A stretch of 64,000 nucleotides of DNA from the human T2T-CHM13v2.0 reference genome, Homo sapiens, in NCBI RefSeq assembly GCF_009914755.1, contig NC_060932.1. One strand, given 5' to 3'. Position 1 is the first letter of the stretch. Each line of letters opens with the position of its first letter. Below, piece by piece: positions 1 through 11,653 of the stretch. The notes under the pieces were generated by a model that made no database searches, had not been told where the DNA came from, and saw nothing but the letters and a program-made list of their open reading frames with translations. A program made the position numbers and the translations under genes.

Positions 1-712
1 AAACCACTGAGATACCATCTCACATCAGGCAGAATGGCTATTACTAAAAAGTCAAAAAATAACAGATGCTGGTGAGGTTGCGGAGAAAAGGGAATGCTTA
101 TATACTGTTGGTGGGAGTGTAAATTAGTTCAACCATTGTGGAAAGAGCTAAAAATAGAACTACTATTTGACCCAGCAATCCCATTACTGGGTTTATATGC
201 AGAGGAATATAAATCATTCTACCATAAAGACATATGCACGCAAATGTTCATTGCTGCATCACTCACAATAGCAAGGACATGGATTCAACCTAAATGCCCA
301 CCAATGACAGACTGGACAAAGAAAATACAGTATATATACACCATAGAATACCATGCAGCCATAAAAAAGAATGAGATAATGTCTTTTGTGAGGACATGGA
401 TGGAGTTGGAAGCCATTATCGTTAGCAAACAAACACAGGAACAGAAAACCAAATACCACATGTTCTTGCTTATAAGGGGGAGCTGAATGATGAGAACACA
501 TGGACACATAGAGGCGAACAACACACACTGGCGCCTACTTCAGGGTGGAGGGTGGCAAGAGGGAGAGGAACACGAAAAATAACTATTGGGTACTAGGCTT
601 AGTACCTGAATGATGAAATAATCTGTACAACAAACCCCCATGACATATGGATTTACCTATGTAACAAACCTTCACATGTGTCCCCAAACCTAAAATAGAA
701 GGTTAAAAAAAG
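1..712 (+). mobile_element. L1 3' end (older L1PA, about L1PA13-16): ORF2 C-terminus plus 3'UTR
   Basis: ORF 94-486 resembles the ORF2p C-terminus ([13 protein letters not shown]...FDPAIPLLG). L1 3'UTR ends ...aacctaaaatagaaggttaaaaaaa. Confidence 0.9.
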
Positions 713-999
713 AAGGTGAGACTTATAAAAAGGATTAAGGAACTCACTCATGGCCATGCAGTAAGTTAGGCAGCAGAGCTTCAAAGATACCTACCTTTGA
801 GGACTTCCAATCTGTAAAAGATATAATCTTTCTTATATTTTTATAACAACCTCAAGAACTAAGGAAATGAATTGACTTCTAATTGGACAGAGTAAGGATA
901 GGCCTTTTCTGTCAGAAGAAATTGTTTTCTCTCAGGCAAGTTAGAAAAGAATACCACAGACAAATATTGCATGTATTTGTATATATCGTATTGCATATA

Positions 1000-1148
1000 T
1001 ACTATATATATATATAGTATCTATATATTGCAATACTATATATAGTATCTATATATTGCAATACTATATATAGTATCTATATATTGCAATACTATATATA
1101 GTATCTATATATTGCAATACTATATATAGTATCTATATATTGCAATAC
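1000..1148. repeat. AT-rich minisatellite, 28-bp unit, about 5 copies
   Basis: Unit ctatatattgcaatactatatatagtat starts at 1021, 1049, 1077, 1105 and (partial) 1133. Confidence 0.95.
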
Positions 1149-1332
1149 ATTATGTTGCATGTATTTGTATATATTTGTAAAATATATACAATATTATATA
1201 TATGTTTGCTATCATTGCTGTGGATGAATGTCAGGGAACTGAGCAAGGCACCAGGATTCATTGAACAAGATTAAAAAACTAGCAACCCATTAGATTACTC
1301 TGAAATTGAAATAATTTTACATTAAGAACTTT

Positions 1333-1429
1333 GTATGTAACTAACCTGCACATTGTGCACATGTACCCTAAAACTTAAAGTATAATAATAATAATAATAA
1401 TAATAAAGCAATATAAACTGAAAAAAAAA
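1333..1429 (+). mobile_element. Extremely 5'-truncated young L1PA 3' terminus with TSD
   Basis: gtatgtaactaacctgcacattgtgcacatgtaccctaaaacttaaagtataat, then (TAA)n and an A-tail. Flanked by aagaacttt at 1324-1332 and 1430-1438. Confidence 0.92.
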
Positions 1430-3085
1430 AAGAACTTTAAAAACATTCTGCTTGGACTTTTTTGACTGCCTGACACATTCAAATTCAAATCAAACTCCAA
1501 ATCACTACTTACTTGTTAAAGCAATTAATTTACTCTCAGAATCAAAAAGCTTTGCTGAAACTTTTAAAGGTCCATTTCATTCATTCATTACTATCAGGCT
1601 GTAATATCACATATAATTTTTAAAGATGACATGCTAAGCATGCAAACTGATTTATGGTCGTCAGCTGGTGTGCTTTTAAAATAAACTCCTATATACTTTA
1701 TGGAAGGACAACAGAGAAGGAATTCATGACTTTGCACACTGATTGATTAATAATGAAACAATTCCACATTTCAGATTCCTCCATGTACCTTGTTTTTCCT
1801 TGACATCAAAGACTTCTGTTCCAAGTGCTATTACGTCTTTTCATTCAAATGTTTTGCCAAGAATATTTTCTTTCCAAATGGGAAAGAAAGCTGTCATAGA
1901 ATAAGTGGAAAGGCTGAAAAATGCGCAGGTGCAGGAGTGCCCTATCTAACATGGTCGGTATACACTGAACATCAGGGAATATTTAAAAGCTCAGTGCTTT
2001 AGTATCAGGTTTTATTTAGCTTCCACTCAACTAATTACAGTTCACCTTGGACATTCTATAAAAATTTAAAAGACAACTAGTTGCTTGGTTTAAACATAGG
2101 CAGGCACTGGATTTTCTACCAGAAAAATTTTGAACTGATTAATTCTTAGTGCTCTCTCATAAAATGACATAGACTCACTTTTCTGTTGAGGAAACATGGG
2201 GTATGACATAGATTTGTAATTTTTGGTTAAAATGTCATTTGTATCATGCTAAAAACTATTTTTCTTTGCTCTCATCTTTTTTTTCCTTCATATCCTTCTC
2301 TTTCTATAGAAAACATTAAGTAACTTATGAATAGAATAGTAAAAATGGAAAAATACAGAGAGGTAGATTTTTTTATAAGAAATTCTTTCTGATGTGTTGG
2401 CTGACCTGGGACTGAAAGGTGCTTGCCTGGTAAGCTTGAATCAGTTTTTGTGTTAATGTGATTTGAAAACAGGTTGTGAGGACAGGAGGTGTGAGGGCCA
2501 AAGGTACTGTGATGTTCTCTATCTTGGCTCCTTCCAGAAGAAGAAGAAGAGAAGTTATCTCAGTCTCTGGGAACCTTATATTCTAGAGTTCCCTTTCCTC
2601 CTGGATGGTAATATTCCCATACAGAAGATTCCAGCAATTGAACTACAACTCACCTTGATACATATTGCCATATTTGACACTCACAAGAACTCTGTGAGAA
2701 GATACACAGATTACACATGGTTGATCAGATGTTTTTTAGTGGAAGAACCCATGCCTCCAGATAGTTCCTTTAAAAAGGTATTTTCAGTTGTTATAAATAT
2801 AGGATCAGAGAAATGTAGATATATACAGCATAGAATCCTACAAACTATTAAAACATAAATTTAATTTTGAACTTCCTGGGACCAAAGCAAATTGAGGCCA
2901 AGTCAATGACATGGTTCATATTTGTAAGGACCAAGAACGATGAAACTTCAGTGAACCAAAACTTTAAGAACATAAATTTGATATTTCCTGATGGGTCATC
3001 ACAAATGGGGCAACTTATGCTGGCCTTAACAATATCCTTACAATAATCATCTTAAAGAGGAGGGGGAAAGTTTAGCATAACATAA

Positions 3086-3520
3086 TGTTATGATTTGGAT
3101 GTGTTTGTTCCTGCCAAAACTCATGTTGAAATTTAATTGCCAATGTACCAGTGGTGGGAGGAGGTGCCTTTAGGAGGTGATTAGGATGTTAAAATAGATT
3201 AATGCCTTTCTCTTGATACTGCGTTAGTTCTCCGGAAATGGATTGGTCTCTGAGTGAATGGGCTATTCTAAAGAAAGATGTCCTCTCATATTTACCCCTT
3301 TTCAAACACACTCGCTTTCCCTTTTGTTTCTCCGCCACACTGTGACACAGTATGAGGCTCTCACCAGAAGCCAACCAGATGCCAGCATCATGGTTCTTGA
3401 CGTTCCCAGCCTCTAGAGTCATAAACCCAATAAAACTCTTTTCTTTAAATTACCCAGTCTCAGGTATTCAATAAATTACCCAGTCTCAACCATTATAGCA
3501 ACACAAAATGGACTAAGATA
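3086..3520 (+). mobile_element. MST-family solo LTR (ERVL-MaLR)
   Basis: Starts tgttatgatttggatgtg...aaaactcatgttgaaatttaatt and ends aaattacccagtctc...aaatggactaagata. Confidence 0.85.
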
Positions 3521-3769
3521 TACAACTTTCTTTCCTCCGTGTATAGAGAATACTTTAAAAAATTGAGCATGATAGATTCTCCTCAGTGCAAATCACCACC
3601 AGAGAGTAGGTCAGGCCCTTACGAGAAGGCCTAACTGGGTTCTAGGTGACTCTAATTCACTTTCGAAGTAACAATCAGCTTGCTTATCAAGGAACAGAGC
3701 CCCCTTCTTCATTCTTGCAAAAACATGGCACTAAACTAAAAAGAGTTAAAAGTTTGTTTTTTAATTTAG

Positions 3770-3980
3770 TATTTACGTGTCATATGTCAAGAACTTTGCT
3801 AAATATTGTACATGTCCTAGAACATTTGATCTTCCCAATTGCTGTATTACAGATGAAGATATTGAAACACAGAATGATTAAATGGTTATTTCTGCCCAAG
3901 ACAACAAAAGTGCAAAAGAACAACTGGGATTTGAACCCAGATCATTTAATTTCTGATGCCAGGCTCCTTCCGCCATGCTG
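3770..3980 (-). mobile_element. MIR SINE remnant
   Basis: ttacagatgaagatattgaaacacaga...ctgggatttgaacccag, a MIR core-like motif. Confidence 0.65.
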
Positions 3981-4339
3981 ATTAATGTTTCTCTAAAGCA
4001 ATCATTATCAAAGAAAGACTGATAAGAGAGAATATAATACATTATCATTTACAACAAAACATAGATTTCAAGGCACAAGAACGCCACGTATATCCTAAAA
4101 TAATAAAAGAAAAAAATCTTGTACGACTCATCTTGGAAGCTTGAATGCATGCACCCTGCATCCTTTTTCTACATGTAGGAAGGATGCCATTTCAGAAAAT
4201 ATAGATTCCACTGAAATGTGAAAGAGGTAAAGTCATCCGACAACAGTCCTAAGTTGTAACTGAAGAGCCATCAGCAAGCAGGCTCAGCAACCCTAACATT
4301 CTAAAGCTAGACCTCCTGTTTATTAGGCTATGTGGTCTA

Positions 4340-4555
4340 GCGGAAATGCAAAGATTTTAGAGACAGATGGGAGTGTAAGGCCACTACTGGCATTAACTAG
4401 CTGTGTGACCTCATTTAATCTCTCTAATTCTTTCTTTTCAGTCCTCCCTTTCTTTTTCACCAAAGGGAATATGCATCTTCTTGTGGAGGTTTGAGATGGT
4501 GTATCAAAAATGCATGGGTTAGTAGATGCTCACAAAATTATTATTATTGTTGTTA
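4340..4555 (+). mobile_element. MIR SINE remnant
   Basis: actagctgtgtgacctc...atttaatctctct...gtagatgctcacaaaattattatt. Confidence 0.55.
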
Positions 4556-6163
4556 TGGTGATTATGTGGATGCCAAGGAGAAAGACAGCCTGTATGATTA
4601 ATGACAATTTTTTTTTGTTTGAGCTCATGGCGTTCAATGAAACTTTAATACCAAATTATATCTAATATACTGGCATGCATTGTGGGGAAACAAGATGGAT
4701 AAACACCAAGTCTCTGCCGTCAGGAACTTTACAACCCATAAATAAAATAATGATATAGAGAGTTTGGAAGCAGTTCAGTTTGTTGGCGGAAAGGGCTCAA
4801 ATAAAACAATAATGGAGATAAGGTCATAAACGTCACTTGAGGCCTGTTGCAGGTCTTGAATGCCAGGAGACAGAGTTCATTCTCAACTTGGCAAAATTCT
4901 GTGAGCAGAAAAGCAATTAAAAAATCCTAATTTTTATTTAGGTAGCTTTATCAAGTGAAGAAAGTGGTGGCAAAGAGTCTGACTAATGATGTGGTCCAGT
5001 GTGAGAAGAGCATGAAGTAGGAATTGTTTTTCCAAGATTGGTGGAAGAATTGAGCTGGTTCTCTGCTTCCCCTCTTGGAGTCTTTCTGGGACCCCAAAAG
5101 GAAGTAGAAGGTAGTTGGCTGAGGTTGAAGGTGGTTTGTATGGAACAGGGCAAAACTGACTGACTCCCTGGAAGTCACCACTCAGTGGCATCAGACTGCC
5201 CGACCAGGGTCTGTAAAACTTCCTTGGGTCCAGGTCCCATCATGTTGCCCAAACGGCAAAGAAAAATAGTTCTCATTAGATTCCAGATTCCTAGTCTTTC
5301 AGGCCAAAAAAAAAAAAACAAAAAAAAACCCCTGGTACTCCAAAATTGCATTTTGATGAAATATCTAATTAAATGCCTATGCCTAATAATGGTTTAGTAA
5401 TGCGATATAACTCCAATTATTTTTCTTTAATGATGTTCTACTTAGAATGTTATTAGCATTTTCAGGATTTATTTTAATCATTAATCTTTAACATACAGGA
5501 TAGGAAATGAAAATAGCAATCCTATTGAATGCTAATCAGTAATTTGAAAAGATTTCCTGTGACTAAGTTAAAAAACATCTTATTAATGTATTATATAATT
5601 TGTTACAGAACTGCACATCCTTCAGTGAGTAGAGCATGATTTTGAACACTGGGGAGGTGATTCAGTAAATAAGCGGAGGAAAAATATAACAGCGGTAAGT
5701 AATGTATTTAAGGTTGTTCATCAAAGTGTCTGACATATAGTAAGTGCCCCGAATAACAGGTGTTATTATTTTGAAATCCATTTGAATACACTTTCTTCTC
5801 CAATTTGTATTTGCCAAATTAGTTCATACTTTGAACATAAAACTATTTCTGCTAAAATAAGCTAAGTGTATTTTAAGTCTGTAGAAATGAGTCATCTAAG
5901 TTCATTACACCAAAGAAAAAACTTTATCATCTACAGGACAATATATACAATGATACTAGCTTTTCAGCAAGATGAAACCCTGATTCACTAGCTTCAGTTA
6001 CATTCACGATACTGTATTTATTAAAGGATGAGGTGTGCAGAAAAGTACACTTACCTATTTTTGGAAAGTTCCCAGCAACCAGGTTAAAATAGGTTTCTTC
6101 TTAAACTCATTAAAATAACTAGAAAACTGTCTTTCCTAAGCATCATGATTAATCAAGGCTTAA

Positions 6164-6477
<314 letters not shown>

Positions 6478-7269
6478 GATTTCTTTCATGGCTTGTGATT
6501 CTTCAAAACATATCTTAAATTCCTTTGACTGGTAGGGGCAAAGAGTAAGAAGATAGGAAAAATTTAAAAGTAGGTCATCCTAAAATGTTTTGGAGTTTCC
6601 TAGGGCTCTAAAATAAAACAATGCCCATTCCTCTTAATTCTCTTAAATATATGTGTGTATTTGTGTACATACACTTAAATAGACATAGATATAATAGGAT
6701 ATAAAGTCTAACTGCAGAAAATTGCAATGTGAGTGGAACACTTGACATATTAAAAGGAGGACTCTCGAGATTGAATTAAGAGTGGTTAACAGGCCTCGCT
6801 GAGTTAATTTGCATACATTTTCTAATTTAGCAAACTGAAGAGAAATCATCTTCATAGGTTTCTTGTCCATGTCATGTAGGTGGTTTTGCTTGGATGACAG
6901 CAAATCAGTCATTTGATTCCATCAAATCAGGCAAGATATCGAACAGGTTAGTAAAAAGAAAAATAATTAGGAAAAGAAAAAAGGGCAGGGTGTTTCAGTT
7001 GATCAACTCACACAACTGTCCCCAACAGACTCCAGTATAGATTTGCTGAAGCATATATTGTAAATTCAGTTCTTCATTTTTTAATAATCTTTGTATGTTT
7101 CATACTTATCGTTCTTTTTATAATCTTATAATTTGTATCCAATTATACAATTTATTATTATTTGTAAGGGCTCAACAGGGTAGAGACAAATGACACTTTG
7201 AGGCATTACCTAGGGTACAAATACCATTTTTAAAAAGGAATGGAAGCTTTCCAGAGACAATATACCTTC

Positions 7270-7657
7270 TGTGACAGACATTAGTGAACTCATCAGCTTT
7301 TCCTGTTCTCTCCCCTCCAGCTACGTGGTGATGCTACTCTTCCTGACTCCCTCGAAGTTAGGAGTGTCCATGTGACTAATTCTGAATACTGGGTTGTGGC
7401 CAACCAGACATGTATCACTACTGGCTGGAGCTAGTATGAAACTCTCCAGCTCCCCTTCTCCTTATTGTGGTGACCACAGATATCTCAGATGGTTGAGGCC
7501 CTGTCAGCAGGTCCCTGGGTGTGGATGATAGGAGCAGGGCGCCCTGCCAAACTGGGGTGGGCCTGGAGCAAGAGTGAGGAATAACCTGTATTATGTGAAG
7601 CCGCTGAAGGGTGAGGGTTGTCAGCACTGCATAATCTAGCCTGTCCTAACTAATATA
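7270..7657 (+). mobile_element. MLT1 (MLT1I/J-like) solo LTR
   Basis: tgtgacagac...gaagttaggagtgtccatgtgact...gcataatctagcctgtcctaactaatata. Confidence 0.7.
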
Positions 7658-7699
7658 CGTCCCTTGCTTGGAAAATGCAGAGTCCAGGTCATGAGTTTT

Positions 7700-7765
7700 A
7701 ACAAAGATACAGAAACGAAATATGCTGGGTGGCACAGTGAAATTTATTTGTCTTTATGATTTACA
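7700..7765 (-). terminator. STK3 distal polyadenylation signal
   Basis: Minus strand: TGTA (7765-7762), AATAAA (7748-7743), CA about 19 nt downstream (7724-7723), then a U/GU-rich element tttcgtttctgtatctttgtt (7720-7700). Confidence 0.8.
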
Positions 7766-8931
7766 CATAATAATTAAACACACAAAAGAAAAAACACTGT
7801 CAAGATGGCCATATGTAGCTTAGGAAATGACTGGTCCCAATGCAATCATATAAATGTTCATTCAGCGTAAAAATGAGTTTCTTTTTAATGGTTTTAATCT
7901 TTTTTTTTTCAGTCCCCAAGGCTTGTACCACTCAGTACAAATGTTTTTGCTACTGGGTTATCATCAGGAACATGATGTTTACCAATTCCCAGGAAATGAA
8001 TAAAATCAACAGAAACATCCTGTGACAACAGAGCACATTTTCATAGAAATGAAATTGATGAGCTTATTACAGTTTGAATCAGTTCAGCTATTAGATCTAC
8101 ACATAAAACATGAAACAATATTAACAAATTACATTTGTATTAAGTTTTTATTTAAAAATATTTATCACACTTTTTTGTGCAAGGGTTCCATTGATTTCTT
8201 TGGTTTTAAACACGATAGATCTATTTTACCTAAATATATATAGTTCTATTTGTACCAAACATCAAAAATCAAAAAAACAAAATTTCAAAGGGTAAAAATG
8301 GAATTATTGCTTCAATATAAAAAAGGCCTAGCCCATTTGAGAACTACTGCCATTATTGCTTTCCTATTTGAAAAACTATCCTGGAAATCAAGGAATGTAC
8401 CCCATAGCTCCCTGCAGAAAGTATAAATTGGTTGCACATTATCATCATATTAATATGACCCTACCTTCACCAAAGCTATCCTGATCTTGTCCTTAAAAAA
8501 TGAAACAAAGCAAAATAGCATAAATAAATAAGTTTACCTAAGGGGATACAATAAATAGCCTAGTATACTAGATAGGAATAAAGAATATTGTAACATAAAG
8601 CCCTTCAGTGCTGTACAATGCAACAATAGCTTTGGATTTTCAAGGTTTAGAGACCTTGAAAATCCATTTCATAACAGTTTTATTACTGGTATGCAGCTGA
8701 CAGAACAAGAGAATACATTTCTTTTGTTCTCCTCATCTTAGAGTGAATGCACAGCAGATACAACTGTCAATTCTGCCTTTTGGGAATTTACCTGGGCATG
8801 TACCATTGTCACTTTTTGACCTCTGCCTAATTGTAGGGCAAAATCTTAGGATTAAAAATATCCAAATATTCCTTCAATTCCTAGTGGTTTCTTGGTCTCC
8901 AGAATAGTTAAAAACAGAGAGGAAATTAGAC
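7723..8931 (-). other. STK3: STK3 3'UTR (distal end inferred)
   Basis: Repeat-free AT-rich sequence between the stop codon and a well-formed poly(A) signal. An MLT1 LTR begins just beyond it. Confidence 0.8.
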
Positions 8932-9090
8932 TCAAAAGTTTTGCTGCCTTCTTTTCTTTGCATCCATCGCATCCAGAATGGGCTGTCTTTTCGCAGTGTA
9001 TCTCTGACGAAGTTCTTCTATCTCCCGTTCCATCATGGGGTCCAGTGCTTTTAACCGCATCTGTAGTTCTTCTAAACTTAGATTTTTCAA
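8932..9090 (-). CDS. STK3: Terminal coding exon of STK3/MST2 serine/threonine kinase (SARAH dimerisation domain)
   Basis: Manual translation of the minus strand from 9090 gives LKNLSLEELQMRLKALDPMMEREIEELRQRYTAKRQPILDAMDAKKRRQQNF then TGA (8932-8934), which I recognise as the MST2 C-terminus. It is preceded by a pyrimidine-rich acceptor, tctttctttctgtatctAG (AG = 9092-9091), phase 0. Confidence 0.98.
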   Translation of the reverse strand: MKNLSLEELQMRLKALDPMMEREIEELRQRYTAKRQPILDAMDAKKRRQQNF

Positions 9091-9709
9091 CTAGATACAG
9101 AAAGAAAGATACCAATACAATGAAATTATCCACATTATCCACAATCAATACAATGAAATTAGACTTTAATGTCTAATGAGTTTTAACATAAATATTTCAG
9201 CAAATTCTTTACATCATCTTTGAAGTATAGTTCAACAATTAAAACAGGAATTTCTTCCTTGAAGAACTCAGAGGTCATATCTTGCAAGAACCTCCAGTAA
9301 TCTGCAATGAAGCAATCCGATCCTCTGCCTTTAATAAAGGGCAAATGAGAAAAATACGCTGATGGAATTTGTAAAAAGGTACAAAGACAAATCCACCACT
9401 GCCAACAAACAGATTTTCAGAATATGTTCCAGGTATATTCACTCTAACTTTTTACATCTTTGCCAGCTACTGAGTGCTACAATAATCATGAACACTTGCA
9501 GAGATCACTCAAGAATGTGACAAGACTGAATAAAGGTTAAATTAACCATTCTATCCTCCATTTTACTAAATGCTTAATAAAGAAGATGACTGTGGTAGGG
9601 GGCGGGAAGTAAGGCTGAATAGGCCTGGTGGGGCCCCAAAAGCAGGAAGCCATGATCAATTCTGGAGTAGGACAGTTATGTAAGAGTAATCCAGATTTGG
9701 TTTTCTTTT

Positions 9710-9822
9710 CTTCTTCTTCTTCTTCTTATTTTTTTTGACACAAGGTCTCAAACTTCTGGGCTCAAGAGATCCTCCTGCCTTGACCTCCTCAGTAGCTGGG
9801 ATGTGCCACTGCACCCAGCTCA
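9710..9822 (-). mobile_element. Degraded Alu monomer (FLAM-like) with (TTC)n tail
   Basis: ggtctcaaacttctgggctcaagagatcctcctgccttgacctcc...gccactgcacccagc. Confidence 0.8.
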
Positions 9823-9929
9823 GGCTTGGTTTTAAAATGATAAAACTTGCAACTTACTTTTTGTTTTAAGAAGATAATTGCCTTTGGTTATTTTATGAGT
9901 CAAGCTAGGAAAAATACTCATTACTTATA

Positions 9930-10240
9930 GTCATCCAAAGTAGCATTTCTCAGCAGATCCTTTTACTCGCCATCCCTGGCCCTATCGTGACTTCTGCTTC
10001 CAAAAACCAAATTCACTCTTAGCTGAAAAAGACTCTGAGGATACTGAAAAGAATGAGTCATAGACTCTCTGAAGGAAATTCAAAAAAGGAGTTCCAAAAA
10101 TATTTTGAGAAATGACAGTGTTATGGAGAAGAGTATGCAGGCTTCCATGATGATGACTTTGAAGGTGAATGCCACTCACTTCGGTGCATAAGAAGTTCTG
10201 GTATGTATATTAATAATCAGCCCTGTTATTTTGTAGTCAT
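9930..10240 (+). mobile_element. Mariner-type DNA transposon relic (MARNA-like)
   Basis: Resembles a mariner transposase 3' end: ccttttactcgccatccctggccctatcgtgacttc (PYSPDLAP-like) and gatgactttgaagg (DYFE-like). Confidence 0.6.
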
Positions 10241-11185
10241 ATGTCATGAAAGAACCTAGCTTTTAATATTATGCCATAAAACATACATTTATATATCATA
10301 TGTAGTATTATACACTTTCTTCATTGATTTTTAATCCAAGTAGTGATCTTGCATCTGTTACATGCTCAGTGCTGTTCAAATCACTGTGGAGATACAGAAT
10401 AAGACAAACAGGGAAACTCCAAACTTTGAACTGTACACATCGGTAATGGCCACATTGAAAGGCCAATGTATACCACACAACCACATTTCCCAAGAAAGAC
10501 ATGCCCAACTATGTCTATGTAGGATCCAGTTCCACTTCTGTGTTCTTCAACATCATCTCTATTTCAGCCCATGTTAATCTTTCCCATTTCTAAATTTCTA
10601 TGTAACACTCATAATTTAAACAACACAATTTAGTATTTGATTCTAAATCATGTACTATTTTATAATTGATTTTTATGCATGAGTTTCATGTCCCTAGATA
10701 TTCCAAAAAATACTTAGACTTTAGAGACTGTACATACACCAAGAAACTATCCTACTATACTGCAAATAACATGACGTAAACGTAGATAGATAAATATGAA
10801 TAAGAATATATGACCCAAAGGAGTGGGTTACTCTAAGATCAGAAGAACTAACATATTATATAAAGCAAACAATTATCATTACTTTAATTCTGAATTAAGA
10901 TATTCCTGTAAATATCTTGTACTACTTTTACTGGGGCAAACTGCCAATAGGTTTATAAATATTGTATTGCAGTAATAGACTGAACTCAGAAAAAGAAGCT
11001 ACTTAGAAGAAAAATTTTCTTCCTTTAACAGATTTTTATATTATCAATGCGTAAAATTTGTGAAAAACAGGTCTGTGATATTAGAGAAACATTATCTAAC
11101 ATTATTAAGGAATTAGGTGTTCATGTAAGTAAATTAATGAAGTACCTAAATCTTAGTTCTTTAAGTGATAAAACTTTGTCTCAAT

Positions 11186-11245
11186 ATCACATACACACAC
11201 ATATACACACACACACACACACATGTGCACACACACATGTATTTA
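11186..11245. repeat. Imperfect (CA)n microsatellite
   Basis: cacatacacacacatatacacacacacacacacatgtgcacacacac. Confidence 0.9.
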
Positions 11246-11250
11246 CATAT

Positions 11251-11653
11251 GCTCTTTTTTGGTTCTATGTGACTTTTAGGATTTTTTTCTAATTTTGTGA
11301 AAAATGATGTTGGTATTTTGATAGGAAATGCACTGAATCTGTAGACTGCTTTGGGCAGTAAGGTCTTTTTCATAATATTGATTCTTCCAATCCATGAGCA
11401 TGGGATGTATTTCCATTTGTGTCATGCATGATTTCTTTCAACAGTGTTTTGTAGTTCTCCCTGTAGGGATCTTTTACCTTCTTGGCTAAGTATATTCCTA
11501 GGTAATTTATTGCTATTACTATTATTATTATTAATTATTTTACAGCTATTGTAAAAGGGGTTGAGTTCTTGATTTGATTCTCAGCTTGGTCACTGTTGGT
11601 ATATAATAGTGCTACTGATTTGTACACACTGATTTTGTAACCTAAGACTTTAC
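11251..11653 (-). mobile_element. Old L1 (L1PB/L1MA-type) ORF2 fragment, post-RT region
   Basis: Minus-strand peptides KVLGYKISVYKSVALLYTNSDQAENQIKNSTPFTIA and [26 protein letters not shown] are ORF2p-like. Confidence 0.9.

Noticed and set aside
1000-1148. 28-bp repeats (and the 29-bp repeats at 37182) as a CRISPR-like array
   Set aside because: Units are head-to-tail with no spacers, there are no cas genes, and the context is primate DNA.
3446-3488. 17-bp direct repeat in the MST LTR (and a similar one near 35124-35152)
   Set aside because: Ordinary short slippage duplications.
9126-9143. Two tandem TTATCCACA (bacterial DnaA-box consensus)
   Set aside because: A by-product of a local 9-bp duplication in a eukaryotic intron.
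8852-9176. Track ORFs 8852-9148 (-) and 8892-9176 (+) as novel proteins
   Set aside because: They are off-frame and antisense shadows of the real STK3 exon, whose correct frame is entered by splicing.
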